Notes: generated by a model from the sequence alone, not told the origin. 64,000 nucleotides of DNA from an uncultured delta proteobacterium (GCA_963816145.1 CAWFJP010000005.1:96001-160000); one strand, 5' to 3'; shown: positions 21,119-31,833, counted from the first letter of the stretch. Numbers and translations are program-made.

Positions 21119-22282
21119 TTAACGCCACAGTTGCCTGGTCGCGAGGCGCGCGCCTTCCGCCATCGCCTGAAACTTGGCCCAGACAACTTTGGGATCGACT
21201 TCCGGATTGTAGGTCGCCTGGGAGGAAAAACCGCAATCGCCGCCGGCGATGACGTTTTCCCGACCGACGATTTCGCCATAGCGCGCAATGCGCTCGGCGA
21301 TGAGCTCGGGGTGTTCGACAATATTGCTGCAGTGGGTGATCACGCCAGGTATTAAAATTTTGCCTTCGGGCAATTTGACCGTTTCCCAGACATGATATTC
21401 ATGCTCGTGGCGCGGGTTGGCGGCCTCGAAGGCGTAGGCGCCGGCGTTTACTTTCAAGATTAGATCGATAATCTCTTTCAACGGCGCATCGTGAACGCGC
21501 GGCCCTTCGTTAATGCCGTAGCAGGTGTGAAAGCGGATTTTCTCCGCCGGGATGCCGCGGATCGCATGGTTGATCGCTTCGACGGAACGTTCGGCGATCT
21601 TGCGCCGCTCGGCGGCGCTCAACGATGGGTCTTGGCTGTGGACTTCAGTTAACCACGGATCGTCGATCTGTAGGATCAAACCGGCATCGACGATCGCCAG
21701 GTATTCCTCGCGCAAAGCTTCGCCGACGGCGGCGAGATATTCTTCGTCCGAGCGATAATATTCATTGCGCCCCACACCGCTCGGCGCCACGGCAGGCATA
21801 AAAGCTTCGGCAACATCGACACCCGTGATCGCCGACTTGAGATTGTCGATATCCTGCCGAATCGCTTGCTGCCCGCGGTACGCGATCGGCCCGGTACAAA
21901 CTAACGGAGTGCGTGGAGCGATGCTGCCGCCCATCATGCGGCGGCTGAAATACTGATCGTAGTATTCCGGAAATTCGGCGACCTCCTCCGCCCACTGCTG
22001 CCAGCCGCCGACCGGTGCCGGTTTGGCTTCAAAGCCGGTCAGCCGCTCGCGCACGTAAGTGAAGAACCCAGGTTTCCCCTGCTCGCCGTCGGCGACCACG
22101 TCAATACCGCTTTCCGCCTGCTGGCGAACAATTTCATTTACCGCGCTCGAAATCCTCCTCGAGTACGCCGTTTGATCGTAAGCTTCACCGTTCAACTTGG
22201 ACTTCATCAAATCGAGCAAATCCTTCGGCCGCGCCAGGCTGCCGCAGTGGGTGGTGAGGATGCGATCGCTACTATGCTTCAT
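21119..22282 (-). CDS. Cobalamin-independent methionine synthase II family protein
   Basis: TTHCGSLARP, DGE, LQIDDP, HTCYG, GDCGF. Confidence 0.92.
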   Translation of the reverse strand: MKHSSDRILTTHCGSLARPKDLLDLMKSKLNGEAYDQTAYSRRISSAVNEIVRQQAESGIDVVADGEQGKPGFFTYVRERLTGFEAKPAPVGGWQQWAEEVAEFPEYYDQYFSRRMMGGSIAPRTPLVCTGPIAYRGQQAIRQDIDNLKSAITGVDVAEAFMPAVAPSGVGRNEYYRSDEEYLAAVGEALREEYLAIVDAGLILQIDDPWLTEVHSQDPSLSAAERRKIAERSVEAINHAIRGIPAEKIRFHTCYGINEGPRVHDAPLKEIIDLILKVNAGAYAFEAANPRHEHEYHVWETVKLPEGKILIPGVITHCSNIVEHPELIAERIARYGEIVGRENVIAGGDCGFSSQATYNPEVDPKVVWAKFQAMAEGARLATRQLWR

Positions 22283-22357
22283 ATAAAAGTCTCTATCCGG
22301 GTTTTAACTAAGCATGAGTCCGGTAATGGATGCTCGCTTCACATTAGTCTAAGTGAG

Positions 22358-23293
22358 TTAGGGTTCCCTTTCGTAGACTCCGTCTATCTCCATCGCCATC
22401 GCCTTTAACTCTTCAATGTGGCGTTCAATGAAGAACACGAAGATATAGGCGTCCTTCTCGTTGATCGAGCTGTGCATAGTGTTGGTGAAGTAATTTGAGA
22501 GTTTCATGAGCGGGTATTCAATGAGCTTCAGCAAATACAAAATCGAATCATATGCGTCGAGCGTACCACGTTCGCTAAGTCGTGCCTTGAATGCATCAAC
22601 AGTGTTTGCCACAAAACGTAGATCGACCGCTGCAAGCTCAATGGGACCGCTTCCGTGAATCGCCTCGACAATCTTCTGAAAATAGTATCCGAGCGTTGAA
22701 GGAAAAACGTCCTGGAGTCGTTGGTCTCGATACTTAGCTCTATGTTCCGCTTCTTCTTTCTTCAATTTTTCAACAACCTCCGTCAAGACGTTTTGTAGTA
22801 TTGATCTCTGGCTAGCGATGAGAGATGGAATGCTCACTTTACGAAACATGGGTGAACTTGTTTCTGGATAGCTTGTTACGAGGTCGAAACTCACTGTCGT
22901 GAGGCTTGGCCTCGATATAAAATTGTACGCTCTTCCTTTTCCCCTACCTCGTTTTGTCGGATGACCGGCGCTGTCGTTCCGGATCTCGCGAATGTTCTTC
23001 AATAGCGGGTCGGGAGCATGGGCGAGACGAAGAGCCTGACAGAGGTTTTCAACCGCATCTTGCTGGATGAACAAAGCTTGCAACACGCCGTAAACGACAA
23101 GATAGCACTCACCTTCTGACCTCGAAGTGCTCGACATGTTGTATGCGTCAATAGCTAATTCTGTGTCTCCAATGGTGTCCAGACAGCAACACAATAGGTT
23201 CCATGCCGCATGATCTTGCAGGAGAGCATGCTGTACCCTCCGGTCGTTAATAAACCCTCTGATCTGCTGCTCTACTTCAGCTAGACTTGGCAT
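22358..23293 (-). CDS. Hypothetical protein with HEPN-like R-x5-H motif
   Basis: 311-aa helical ORF, AT-richer than its neighbours; IREIRNDSAGHP. Confidence 0.7.
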   Translation of the reverse strand: MPSLAEVEQQIRGFINDRRVQHALLQDHAAWNLLCCCLDTIGDTELAIDAYNMSSTSRSEGECYLVVYGVLQALFIQQDAVENLCQALRLAHAPDPLLKNIREIRNDSAGHPTKRGRGKGRAYNFISRPSLTTVSFDLVTSYPETSSPMFRKVSIPSLIASQRSILQNVLTEVVEKLKKEEAEHRAKYRDQRLQDVFPSTLGYYFQKIVEAIHGSGPIELAAVDLRFVANTVDAFKARLSERGTLDAYDSILYLLKLIEYPLMKLSNYFTNTMHSSINEKDAYIFVFFIERHIEELKAMAMEIDGVYEREP

Positions 23294-23309
23294 AATTCAC
23301 GCTTGGCAG

Positions 23310-24275
23310 TTAATCATTCGATGAGGGGGCGATAAAGAGTTCTTCCAGCGCCATCTTCCGGCCGATCAAACCCTGCTCGTGGGAGTACTGCATCAACGTC
23401 TCTACGTTTTTTCGGTTGGCGGCACCGAGACCGTAGATCCAAGGATCGCTGCCGAAGATTTCTTCCTGTTCTTCGACAAAAGAACGGAACCAGGCGAGAG
23501 GGACGATTCGCGGGTTTTCCATGCGTTTGTACGAGAGCTGTTTCGACTTTTCGAAGGCCGCCATCAGGCTCGCCGGCACCCAGGGATGCTTGTCGACGAT
23601 ATCTTGTTTGATCGCCGTGGTGTGCATGATCGGGAAGATGCCGGTGCGTTTGAAGTAGTCGATTTCCAAATTGCGATAATTGGGAAACAACCGGCGCACG
23701 CGCGGATCTTTGTTGGCCACCGGCGAGATCACTTCGGGGTCGATGACGGCGTCGAGTTCGCCGGCGAGCAGCATATCGACGATATTCTTGCCTGACGGTA
23801 TTTTTTGAATGCTCAGGCCGGGCGGGGCTTGCCAGGGGATTTTTTCCTCGACTTCCTTGAACCAGTGGATCTGTTTATGGGTGAGGTTGAATTCATGCTC
23901 GAGGATGCCGCGCATCCACAGGTTGGCGGTGGCGTGGAAACTCCCGACGCCGACTTTCTTGCCGATGAGATCCGTGGCTTGGCCGATTCCCTTGGTGGTG
24001 TTGACGAAGACAAAGCCGTGGCGGAAGCGGCGATGGAGAAACACCGGGATGGCGATGAACGGCAGGCCGTTGTCTTTGGCGACCATGTAATTCGACATCG
24101 AAAGTTCGGCGACGTCGAAGTGTCGGTCGCGCAGCATGCGCGCGTGACGCACCTCTGCTGTCATATCGGTCAGGATCGTCAGCTCGATGCCGTCAGGTTG
24201 GACGGTTCCTTCTTTCAACGCGCGAATGCTTTCGTAATCGCCGGCGGCGAGGGTCAGTTGCAGTTTGGGGTTCAT
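23310..24275 (-). CDS. 4,5-dihydroxyphthalate decarboxylase-like / periplasmic-binding-fold protein
   Basis: LTLAAGDY, FDVAELSMS, IPVFLHRRFRH, TGIFPIMH, DPWIYG. Confidence 0.85.
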   Translation of the reverse strand: MNPKLQLTLAAGDYESIRALKEGTVQPDGIELTILTDMTAEVRHARMLRDRHFDVAELSMSNYMVAKDNGLPFIAIPVFLHRRFRHGFVFVNTTKGIGQATDLIGKKVGVGSFHATANLWMRGILEHEFNLTHKQIHWFKEVEEKIPWQAPPGLSIQKIPSGKNIVDMLLAGELDAVIDPEVISPVANKDPRVRRLFPNYRNLEIDYFKRTGIFPIMHTTAIKQDIVDKHPWVPASLMAAFEKSKQLSYKRMENPRIVPLAWFRSFVEEQEEIFGSDPWIYGLGAANRKNVETLMQYSHEQGLIGRKMALEELFIAPSSND

Positions 24276-24440
24276 GGGGCTGGGTCTAGCATGCTTTATT
24301 GATCAGGCCAATCGATGAAGCAGCGCGGGCTCAATATAGAGTACCGAAAAATGCAGATATTCGAAGAGTCTTTCGCGATCCGGCATGGCGAATTTCATTC
24401 GAATACGCACCGTTGCCGAGCACGCCAACACCACCGGCCC

Positions 24441-24464
24441 AGGGCGTATGCCATACGCCCCTAC
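24441..24464 (-). repeat. GTAG-type REP hairpin
   Basis: Reverse complement reads GTAGGGGCGTATGGCATACGCCCT. Confidence 0.7.
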
Positions 24465-24572
24465 ATTCGGATTTTATCTTGAGAGCTTCTTTGTGTTCTA
24501 TGATCTCTTTGCGGTGAATACTTTCAATCTGGATCGAGTCGGCTGCAATGACCCTCGCTGCCGAGAAATAAG

Positions 24573-24977
24573 TCACTCCTCCGGGTAAATCATAAACTCC
24601 AAAAGATTGGAGTCGGGGTCGCGAAAGTAAAAGCTCGTGCCGTTGGCGCGACCGTTGTTGCGGCCGCCCTGGCGTTCGACTGGGCCCGCGATGATTTTAG
24701 CGCCGGCCTTGTCGAGGGTTGCCTTCAGCGATTCGATCGAGCCTTCCCAGACAAAGCAGAAGTCGCCGCAGCCGGGAACGGCGGTCGGGCCGCGCAGAGT
24801 AAATTGCGGACTGTGCCATTTGTCGGGGCTGTGAAAATTGATTTTGTTGTCGCCGAAAAAGACCGAGTAAGCTTGTCCTCTGTCCTGAACGCCAAACCCC
24901 AACGCTTGGTAGAAAGACAGCATCGCTTGGGTGTTCTGGATCGGGATCGCAACATGGTCGAAGCTTTTGATGGCCAT
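24573..24977 (-). CDS. VOC family protein
   Basis: MAIKSFDHVAI, PGCGDFCF, GPVERQGG, YFRDPDSNLLE; GGAGGAG RBS. Confidence 0.9.
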   Translation of the reverse strand: MAIKSFDHVAIPIQNTQAMLSFYQALGFGVQDRGQAYSVFFGDNKINFHSPDKWHSPQFTLRGPTAVPGCGDFCFVWEGSIESLKATLDKAGAKIIAGPVERQGGRNNGRANGTSFYFRDPDSNLLEFMIYPEE

Positions 24978-25009
24978 AACTCCTCCCCAAATTTCCGGCA
25001 ATTCTATCT

Positions 25010-26332
25010 TTATTTTTGCAGCTCGCGCGCGATGCGCTCCACTTCCTCGAGCACCCGGAGCAGATTGCCGCCCCAGAGTTTTTCGATCTGTGCTTCGGTG
25101 TAGCCGCGTCGAACGAGTTCCACTGTTACGTTCAACGTCTCGCTGGCGTCGTTCCAGCCGATAACGCCGCCGCCGCCGTCGAAGTCCGACGAGATGCCGA
25201 CATGGTCGATGCCGAGAAGTTTGACGGCGTGGTCGATATGATCGACGAAGTCTTTGAGATTCGCCGGCGCATCGCCAGCGAATTGTTTGTCGATCTCGGC
25301 AAGTTTGTCGTCGTAGTCGCGACGCTTGTCCGGCGGCAGCGCTTTTAAAGCGAACTGGTGTCGCGCACGCTGGCCGGGGCCGGTGGGCTCGGGGAGATTG
25401 AACTCTCTGCGCGCGGCGGCGAGCGCGGCTTTTCGTTCCGGTGAGTCCGGTTTGCCGCACTTGACGAAGCTGTCGTAGGCGACCACTTGGATGACCCCGC
25501 CGGACTTCTTGAGAGCGAGCAATTGCTCGTCGTCCATGTTGCGGCTGATATCGCACAGGGCGCGCATGGCGGAGTGGGAGGCGATGATCGGCGCTTTGGA
25601 CAGCGTGGCGGTCTGCATCATCGTTTGTTTGGACGCGTGCGAGACGTCGACCATGATGCCCCAACGGTTCAACTCGGCGATGACTTGGCTGCCGAGGGGG
25701 GAGACCCCTTGCCACTTCCAACCGTCGCGTTCGCCGGTGTGAGAGTCGGCGAGCTGGTTGTGGCCGTTATGGGTGAGCGAGAGGTAACGCGCGCCGCGGT
25801 CGTAGAATTGCTTGACCCTGGCGATCTCCTCGCCGAGCGGATAGCCGTTCTCGACGCCCATGAGCGCAGCTTTCTTGCCTTGGGCGTTGATCCTGCGGAC
25901 ATCGGCGGCGCTCAACGCCAACTCGATCTTGTCCGTGGCGACCTCTTCGGTGAAACGGTGCACCGCCTCGAACTTCTCGACAACGAGGTTGTAAGCCCGC
26001 TCGTAGCCCGCTTGTTTGAGGGCGTCAGGATTTTGCGCTTCGCGGGTCTGGCCGACGTAGATACTGAAGAATAGCGCGTCGAGACCGCCGTCGATCATGT
26101 TGGGCAGATTGAACTGAGTCTCGAGCCGTTCGGTGTAGTTGCGCGCACTGGTCAAATCCGCCGGCGCGAAGTCGATGTGGGTGTCGAGGGTGATGACTTT
26201 CTCATGGATCGCGCGGGCTTGCTTGAGCAGTTGGTTTTCGGCGGGTGATTTTTGCGTAAAGTACATTGGACTACATCCGATGGCAGAAACGGCGATTAAT
26301 AGCCAGAGAACGAACGACGTCTTATGAAACAT
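25010..26332 (-). CDS. Membrane dipeptidase (M19), probable lipoprotein
   Basis: AIGC lipobox; DTHID, GVENG, LTHN, DVSH, ASHS, GISSDFDGG. Confidence 0.93.
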   Translation of the reverse strand: MFHKTSFVLWLLIAVSAIGCSPMYFTQKSPAENQLLKQARAIHEKVITLDTHIDFAPADLTSARNYTERLETQFNLPNMIDGGLDALFFSIYVGQTREAQNPDALKQAGYERAYNLVVEKFEAVHRFTEEVATDKIELALSAADVRRINAQGKKAALMGVENGYPLGEEIARVKQFYDRGARYLSLTHNGHNQLADSHTGERDGWKWQGVSPLGSQVIAELNRWGIMVDVSHASKQTMMQTATLSKAPIIASHSAMRALCDISRNMDDEQLLALKKSGGVIQVVAYDSFVKCGKPDSPERKAALAAARREFNLPEPTGPGQRARHQFALKALPPDKRRDYDDKLAEIDKQFAGDAPANLKDFVDHIDHAVKLLGIDHVGISSDFDGGGGVIGWNDASETLNVTVELVRRGYTEAQIEKLWGGNLLRVLEEVERIARELQK

Positions 26333-26462
26333 CTTGCGTCTTTCAATGTTGCCACCGTATCACAGTTTGCGATCGCAGTGCGACGAACATTTAGCGCCGG
26401 AAAGTAGGTCGTTTGCTTGCGTATCCCTTGACAGCAAACCAATTATTCGCGCAATTGACCTG

Positions 26463-27686
26463 ATGGAGCGAAAATGGTGGATCGTCATCGCCGGTTGTAT
26501 CACCCACGCGGTGAACACCGGCTTTTGTTATTTCGGCATGAGCGCGTTCTTTCCTTCCTTCGAGCGGGAATTTGGCTGGAGTCGCACGGCGATCTCGGGC
26601 GCGTTTTCTCTGGCCCGTGTCGAGTCGGGAATACTCGGTCCTATCGAAGGCTACATCGTCGATCGCGTCGGCGCCCAGCGCATCATGTACATCGGCATCG
26701 CCGTTTGTGTGTTAGGTTTTTTTTTCCTTAGTTTTGTCAATACATTAACGATGCTCTACTTGGCGATCGTCGTCGGCATCGTCCTCGGTTCCAGTCTTGG
26801 CTATCTCGTGCCGATCAGCGTGTTGATAGCCAAAGCGTTTCGGGAAAAGCGTAGTCTTGCGTTTGGCATCTTTCGCACCGGCCCGGGCATCTCCGGCGCC
26901 CTGGTGCCGTTTGTTGGTTGGATGATCGTCTCTTGGGGTTGGCGCGGCGCGGCAGTGGCGTCCGCGGCGATACTCCTTACAGTCGGATTCCCGCTGGCCT
27001 GGTTTATCAATCGTGTTTACAACCAGTATGAATCTGCCGCGCTTACTGCGACTGCGCCGGAGGGTTCTTTGCAGCGCGCGACGTCATTTGCGGACGACCC
27101 ACAATATACGCTCAAAGAAGCGCTGCACACCAAACTATTCTGGTTGTTTTCTGTCGCTATGGCGTTTCGCCATTTGGTCACCGAAGGGGTGTCGGTGCAT
27201 TTTGTCATCCTGCTCGTCGATCGCGGTTGGAGCACCGCGGCGGCGAGTAGTTTGCTCGGCGTTTCGGCGATGATCGGCGCGCCGGCGCGGCTGCTGATGG
27301 GCTGGCTCGGCGATATTCTCGACAAGCGGCATTTGGCGATGGCGCTGTTGGCGACTTTGAGCGTTTCGGTGTTGCTGATGGGCTGGAGTGCTGAGCCGGC
27401 GCTATTCACAACCTGCATGATCGTCTATTCGTTGGCGTACGGCGGACTCGCGGCGTTGCAAGAGCCGATCCGCGCCGACTATTTTGGCACCCGCGCTTTT
27501 GCGACCATTCAGGGCGTGAGTCGGTCGGTGACGACCGCAGGAACTTTCATGGGTCCGATCCTCGCGGGAGTTTTCTACGACATGACGAAAAGTTATACCG
27601 TCGCCTTTGCGATTTTCGCGGTCATGAGCCTGGTCTCGATGTTTTTCATGTTCCTGGCCAAGCCGCCACGAAGAATTGAGAATTGA
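26463..27686 (+). CDS. MFS transporter
   Basis: About 12 TM segments; EFGWSR, GYIVDRVG, ADYFG. Confidence 0.92.
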   Translation: MERKWWIVIAGCITHAVNTGFCYFGMSAFFPSFEREFGWSRTAISGAFSLARVESGILGPIEGYIVDRVGAQRIMYIGIAVCVLGFFFLSFVNTLTMLYLAIVVGIVLGSSLGYLVPISVLIAKAFREKRSLAFGIFRTGPGISGALVPFVGWMIVSWGWRGAAVASAAILLTVGFPLAWFINRVYNQYESAALTATAPEGSLQRATSFADDPQYTLKEALHTKLFWLFSVAMAFRHLVTEGVSVHFVILLVDRGWSTAAASSLLGVSAMIGAPARLLMGWLGDILDKRHLAMALLATLSVSVLLMGWSAEPALFTTCMIVYSLAYGGLAALQEPIRADYFGTRAFATIQGVSRSVTTAGTFMGPILAGVFYDMTKSYTVAFAIFAVMSLVSMFFMFLAKPPRRIEN

Positions 27687-27760
27687 CAATGGAGAATTGA
27701 TGACCTCGGATTTCTAACCTTGGATTTTCATTCTCCATTTTCCATTTTCAATTCTCCATT
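27673..27760. repeat. Inverted repeat with AATKGAR heptamer arms
   Basis: AATTGAGAATTGACAATGGAGAATTGA ... TTCTCCATTTTCCATTTTCAATTCTCCATT. Confidence 0.8.
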
Positions 27761-27803
27761 TGCTTGTAGTAGGATCGCGCCATCTTGCGCCAGGAGAACT
27801 TCC

Positions 27804-28862
27804 ATGAAAGCTGCGGTTCTGCACGAACTCAATAAACCCATGACCATCGAAGATTTCGAGATTCCCGGGATCGGGCCAGATGAAGTCTTGATCAAGGTCA
27901 AAGCCTGCGGCGTTTGTCATACCGACTTCAAAGTCATCGAAGGACGAATTCCCAGTAAGGTGCCAACCATCATCGGCCACGAAGTCTCCGGCACCATCGC
28001 CGAAGTCGGATTGAGCCAGCGCGGCGCGTTCAAAGCCGGGGACTCGGTCATCGTCGGCACGCGTTACCGCTGCGGCCATTGCCAATATTGCTTGGCGGGA
28101 CGGGAAAACCTGTGCCGGGCGCGGCCGGCGCCAGCGTCGCTGAAGCGCACCGACGGCCGGGAGATCTTTCGCTGGAACGTCGGCGGCTTCTCGCAGTATC
28201 TCGCCTTGCCGGGCTACATGGTTTTCAAATTGCCGGACGGCTTGTCGCTCGATGAAGCGAGCGTCGTCGGATGCCGCATGACCACGGCTTACAACGCGGT
28301 GAAAAACTCAGCCGAGATCAAGCCCGGGGACTCCGCACTGGTTATCGGCTGCGGCGGCGTCGGCTTGAATACGATTCAATTCTTGCGCACCTTTGGCGCC
28401 TATCCGATCATCGCCGTCGATCTTTACGACCATAAGCTCGAAGCGGCGAAGAAGTTCGGCGCGACGCATACGATCAATGGCTCAAAGGAAGATCCGGTCA
28501 AAGCGGTGCGCGACCTGACCGACGGTGGCGTGAATAAATCGTTCGAAGCTTTGGGCAACGTCAAAACTTCGGATCAGATCATCCAAGCGACCCGGCCGGG
28601 CGGCACGGCGACGATCATCGGCGGCCTCGGCAAAGTGCCGTTCACCATCAGCGACGGTAGTTTCACCATGCAGGAGATCAAGATCGCCGGCGTGGCACTG
28701 CGCCGGCCCACCGATGTCGTCGAGGTGCTTAACATGGTGCGCGACAAACGCGTCGAGGTTTCCGGGTTGGTCTCGAAGCGTTACAGCTACGACCAAATCA
28801 ACGATGCGTTTCACGATTTGGAAGCGGGAAAGAATTTGATGGGCATAACCGTCTGGAACTGA
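27804..28862 (+). CDS. Zinc-dependent alcohol dehydrogenase (MDR)
   Basis: CGVCHTD, GHE, CGHCQYC...C, GCGGVG. Confidence 0.93.
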   Translation: MKAAVLHELNKPMTIEDFEIPGIGPDEVLIKVKACGVCHTDFKVIEGRIPSKVPTIIGHEVSGTIAEVGLSQRGAFKAGDSVIVGTRYRCGHCQYCLAGRENLCRARPAPASLKRTDGREIFRWNVGGFSQYLALPGYMVFKLPDGLSLDEASVVGCRMTTAYNAVKNSAEIKPGDSALVIGCGGVGLNTIQFLRTFGAYPIIAVDLYDHKLEAAKKFGATHTINGSKEDPVKAVRDLTDGGVNKSFEALGNVKTSDQIIQATRPGGTATIIGGLGKVPFTISDGSFTMQEIKIAGVALRRPTDVVEVLNMVRDKRVEVSGLVSKRYSYDQINDAFHDLEAGKNLMGITVWN

Positions 28863-28998
28863 GAACCGAGCATGTTCCGCGTTCAGCCGTTCAAAACGTT
28901 GGATGACCCTGGAGCAGTGTACCGGTAGCGTGAGTCCGGGTTGACTTCCCCATCACTCCATCGCTCCAATACTCCAATTTATCTTTTCGGGAGCAATC

Positions 28999-30060
28999 AT
29001 GGACTACAAGATTATCGATGCCGATGGTCACGTGATCGAAGACGATAGCTTGTTCGATTATCTCGACCTTTCATACAGGGCTCAGGATCATCAGTTGAGT
29101 TGGGACCGGTTGTTTCCTTCGCTCGATTTTCATCATATCGGCGGCCATTCGACGCGTAATAAGAAGTCGTTCGGCGGCGGCAAGCGGGTGGGGCCCAAGG
29201 AGTGGCTGGAGTTTGTCGAGATGGCGGATCTCGAATACGCGGTGCTTTATCCGACCAAGGGGCTGCGCATCGGCAACATCAGCCATCCCGATTGGGCCTG
29301 CTTCGTCGCGCGCGCGTACAACGATTGGCTGCATGATCGCTACTTGAAAGCGAGCCCGCGTTTGAAAGGGATGGCGCTTTTGCCACTGCAAGATGTCGAC
29401 GAAGCCGTCGTCGAGCTACGCCGGGCGATCACCAAATTGGGTTTCGTCGGCGCCATGCTGCCGTCGCGCGGTTTGCCCTTCGACCTAGGCCACAAAACGT
29501 ATTGGCCGGTTTACGCCGAAGCGGAGCGTTTGGGCTGCGCGTTGGGCGTGCATGGCGGAGCGCACCACAGCATGGGCCTGGATACATTTGAAACCTTTGT
29601 GCCGATTCACGCGCTCGGCCATCCGTTGTCGTTGATTATCGCCTTTACCGGCATGGTGTACCATGGCGTGTTCAACCAGTTCCCGCGACTGCGCATGGGT
29701 TTTCTTGAAGGCGGCGCGGGCTGGGTGACCTTCTGGATGGATCGGCTCGACCGATCGCATTCTTATCATCTCGAACTCAATTTGCGCGGCAAGTACCAAG
29801 GGCCGTCGACGGACGATGTGCCGAGCGACTATATTAAAAAAGGGCAAGTTTATATCGGCTGCGAAGGCAACGAAGAAGGCTTGCCCTACCAAATCCAGCG
29901 CGCTGGCAATCAACATTTTCTCTTCGCCAGCGACTTTCCGCATGAGATCGGCCCCGACGATATTTTGCACGAGATCGAGGAAGTCGCGGAAGCGCCGCTC
30001 TCGGACGCCGACAAACGCGCGGTGCTTAGAGAGAACGCCAAGCGGTTTTATCAGATTTAG
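28999..30060 (+). CDS. Amidohydrolase family 2 protein
   Basis: IIDADGH, RAYNDWL, FLEGGAGW, FASDFPHE. Confidence 0.92.
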   Translation: MDYKIIDADGHVIEDDSLFDYLDLSYRAQDHQLSWDRLFPSLDFHHIGGHSTRNKKSFGGGKRVGPKEWLEFVEMADLEYAVLYPTKGLRIGNISHPDWACFVARAYNDWLHDRYLKASPRLKGMALLPLQDVDEAVVELRRAITKLGFVGAMLPSRGLPFDLGHKTYWPVYAEAERLGCALGVHGGAHHSMGLDTFETFVPIHALGHPLSLIIAFTGMVYHGVFNQFPRLRMGFLEGGAGWVTFWMDRLDRSHSYHLELNLRGKYQGPSTDDVPSDYIKKGQVYIGCEGNEEGLPYQIQRAGNQHFLFASDFPHEIGPDDILHEIEEVAEAPLSDADKRAVLRENAKRFYQI

Positions 30061-30253
30061 GATTGGGAAATTTAACCGCAAAAAGCGCAAAAAGCACAAA
30101 TTTAATTCGGGATATCTCCCGCAAAGGCGCCAAGGCGCAAAGTTCGGAAGAAAAGTCATCATCCAATCCGGTGATCCGACCTTGAACTTTTGGGTCATCG
30201 CGTAATCGAGTGGGCGCTGACTTAATGGCAAATTACTCTCCCATGGCCGGTTC

Positions 30254-30490
30254 CTCCCTTTCGCAAAGGGAGTTAGGAGGGATTTTTCATGGCTTGAAAG
30301 ATCGTCTTCTGCACAAAATCCCCCCAACCCCCCTTTTCTAAAGGGGGGGAAACCTACAAGAACAGCATTTCTCAACAAATTTCACCCACTCGATTACGCG
30401 AAGAGCCGAACTTTTGAACCCTTGAACATTGAACTCTGCGCCAGCGCCCGCCGACGAATTGAACGGCTTGAACGATTTGAGCGTGTTGAA
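30254..30490. repeat. CCCTTT..AAAGGG double hairpin followed by TTGAAC tandems
   Basis: TCCCTTTCGCAAAGGGA..GGGATTT..AAATCCC..CCCCCTTTTCTAAAGGGGG; repeated TTGAAC units at 30409-30490. Confidence 0.7.
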
Positions 30491-30576
30491 CAAATTCGTC
30501 CGAATAACAGCTTGACAATAAACCCTGAGTCGATAGATAGATAGCCGCGGTAAACCCTGAATCGAGAGGGCGGATC

Positions 30577-31641
30577 ATGCGGCAGAATCGTTTCCCGGTG
30601 ATCGACGGCGACGGCCATATCACCGAGCGCAGTAAAGAGATTCTCGAATTCCTCGGTGGCAACTATCGCGGCACTTCGAAGGACGAAAGTTGGGCCGATA
30701 CATTCTCGCCATTTCCTTCCCTCGACGGTTGGGCACGGCTCTCCGGTATGAGTTCGCCTGGGCTGCGCGATTATCCCGACTGCGATACCTGGATTTCATT
30801 TCTCGATGAGTGCGGCATTCAGACGACTGTGGTTTATCCCACCGCTGCGCTGGCGTTCGGCTTGATCCAAGATCCGGCCTGGGCGGTGGAGATCGCCCGC
30901 GCTTATAATTCCTGGCTGCACGCGACCTACACGAAAAAGACCCCGCGCATCCTCGGCGCGGCGATCATCCCGATCCACGATGTGCCGGCGGCGGTCCAGG
31001 AAATGCGCCGGGTGAAAAACGATCTCGGCATGCCGGGCGTGATGTTTCCCTCGGTGACGCGCCTGCGCAAGGGCTACGGTCATGAGAGCTTTTTCCCGCT
31101 CTACGAAGAAGCCTGCAGGCTCGACCTGCCGATCGCCATTCACGGCGCGCCGAGCCGCGGTTTGGGCTTCGACTTCTTCGATTCGTTCGCTGAAGTTCAC
31201 GCTCTCGAACATCCGCTGCCGCTGATGATTCAGATGACCAACATGATTTTTCAGGGGGTATTCGAGCTGTTCCCGCAGTTGCGCGTCGCCTATCTCGAAG
31301 CCGGCGCGGGCTGGGTGCCGTTCATGATGGATCGGCTCGACGAGGACTTCGAGCGGCGCGGTAAGAAATGGGCGCCGCGTCTGAAGAAGCGACCGAGCGA
31401 TTACATTACTGGCGGGCAGGTTTATGTGTCCTTGGAGTCCGAGGAAAGAACCCTGCCTTACGTTCTCGAACTGTTCGGTGAGGATCATATTTTCTTCGCC
31501 TCGGATTATCCGCACGAGCGCCAGCGGGCGCAGTACCTGCATGACATTCCCGAACTCGAAGCGCGGACCGATATTTCCGATACCGCCAAACGCAAGATTT
31601 TGGCGGACAACGCAAGAACGTTTTATCGATTGGCCGATTGA
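30577..31641 (+). CDS. Amidohydrolase family 2 protein
   Basis: IDGDGH, RAYNSWL, YLEAGAGW, FASDYPHE; paralog of 28999. Confidence 0.92.
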   Translation: MRQNRFPVIDGDGHITERSKEILEFLGGNYRGTSKDESWADTFSPFPSLDGWARLSGMSSPGLRDYPDCDTWISFLDECGIQTTVVYPTAALAFGLIQDPAWAVEIARAYNSWLHATYTKKTPRILGAAIIPIHDVPAAVQEMRRVKNDLGMPGVMFPSVTRLRKGYGHESFFPLYEEACRLDLPIAIHGAPSRGLGFDFFDSFAEVHALEHPLPLMIQMTNMIFQGVFELFPQLRVAYLEAGAGWVPFMMDRLDEDFERRGKKWAPRLKKRPSDYITGGQVYVSLESEERTLPYVLELFGEDHIFFASDYPHERQRAQYLHDIPELEARTDISDTAKRKILADNARTFYRLAD

Positions 31642-31678
31642 AAATCGAGGTTCATCTGGGATTTGTGTGGAAGGAATA

Positions 31679-31762
31679 TTCACCACGAAGGACACGAAGA
31701 GCATGAAGTTCGGAGAATTAATCATCCGGAAACTTCGTATCGTTCGTGATCTTCGTGGCGAA
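31679..31762. repeat. CACGAAG-type palindromic repeat
   Basis: TTCACCACGAAGGACACGAAGAGCATGAAG...CTTCGTATCGTTCGTGATCTTCGTGGCGAA. Confidence 0.8.
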
Positions 31763-31833
31763 AGAATCTAATATGACGATGCTAGATTGCCCGTCGGGAA
31801 ACGTGAAAAGCCAAGATTGATTATGACGGAGGC

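Noticed and set aside
21119-22282. Assignment as metE
   Set aside because: Single-barrel homolog; function in this subfamily is uncertain, so no symbol was given
23310-24275. Evidence for a phthalate degradation pathway
   Set aside because: The family is broad and no phthalate dioxygenase genes are in the window
24978-25721. N-terminal extension of the 382-aa ORF 24573..25721
   Set aside because: Off-frame overlap with the dipeptidase; the VOC gene has its own RBS and start at 24977
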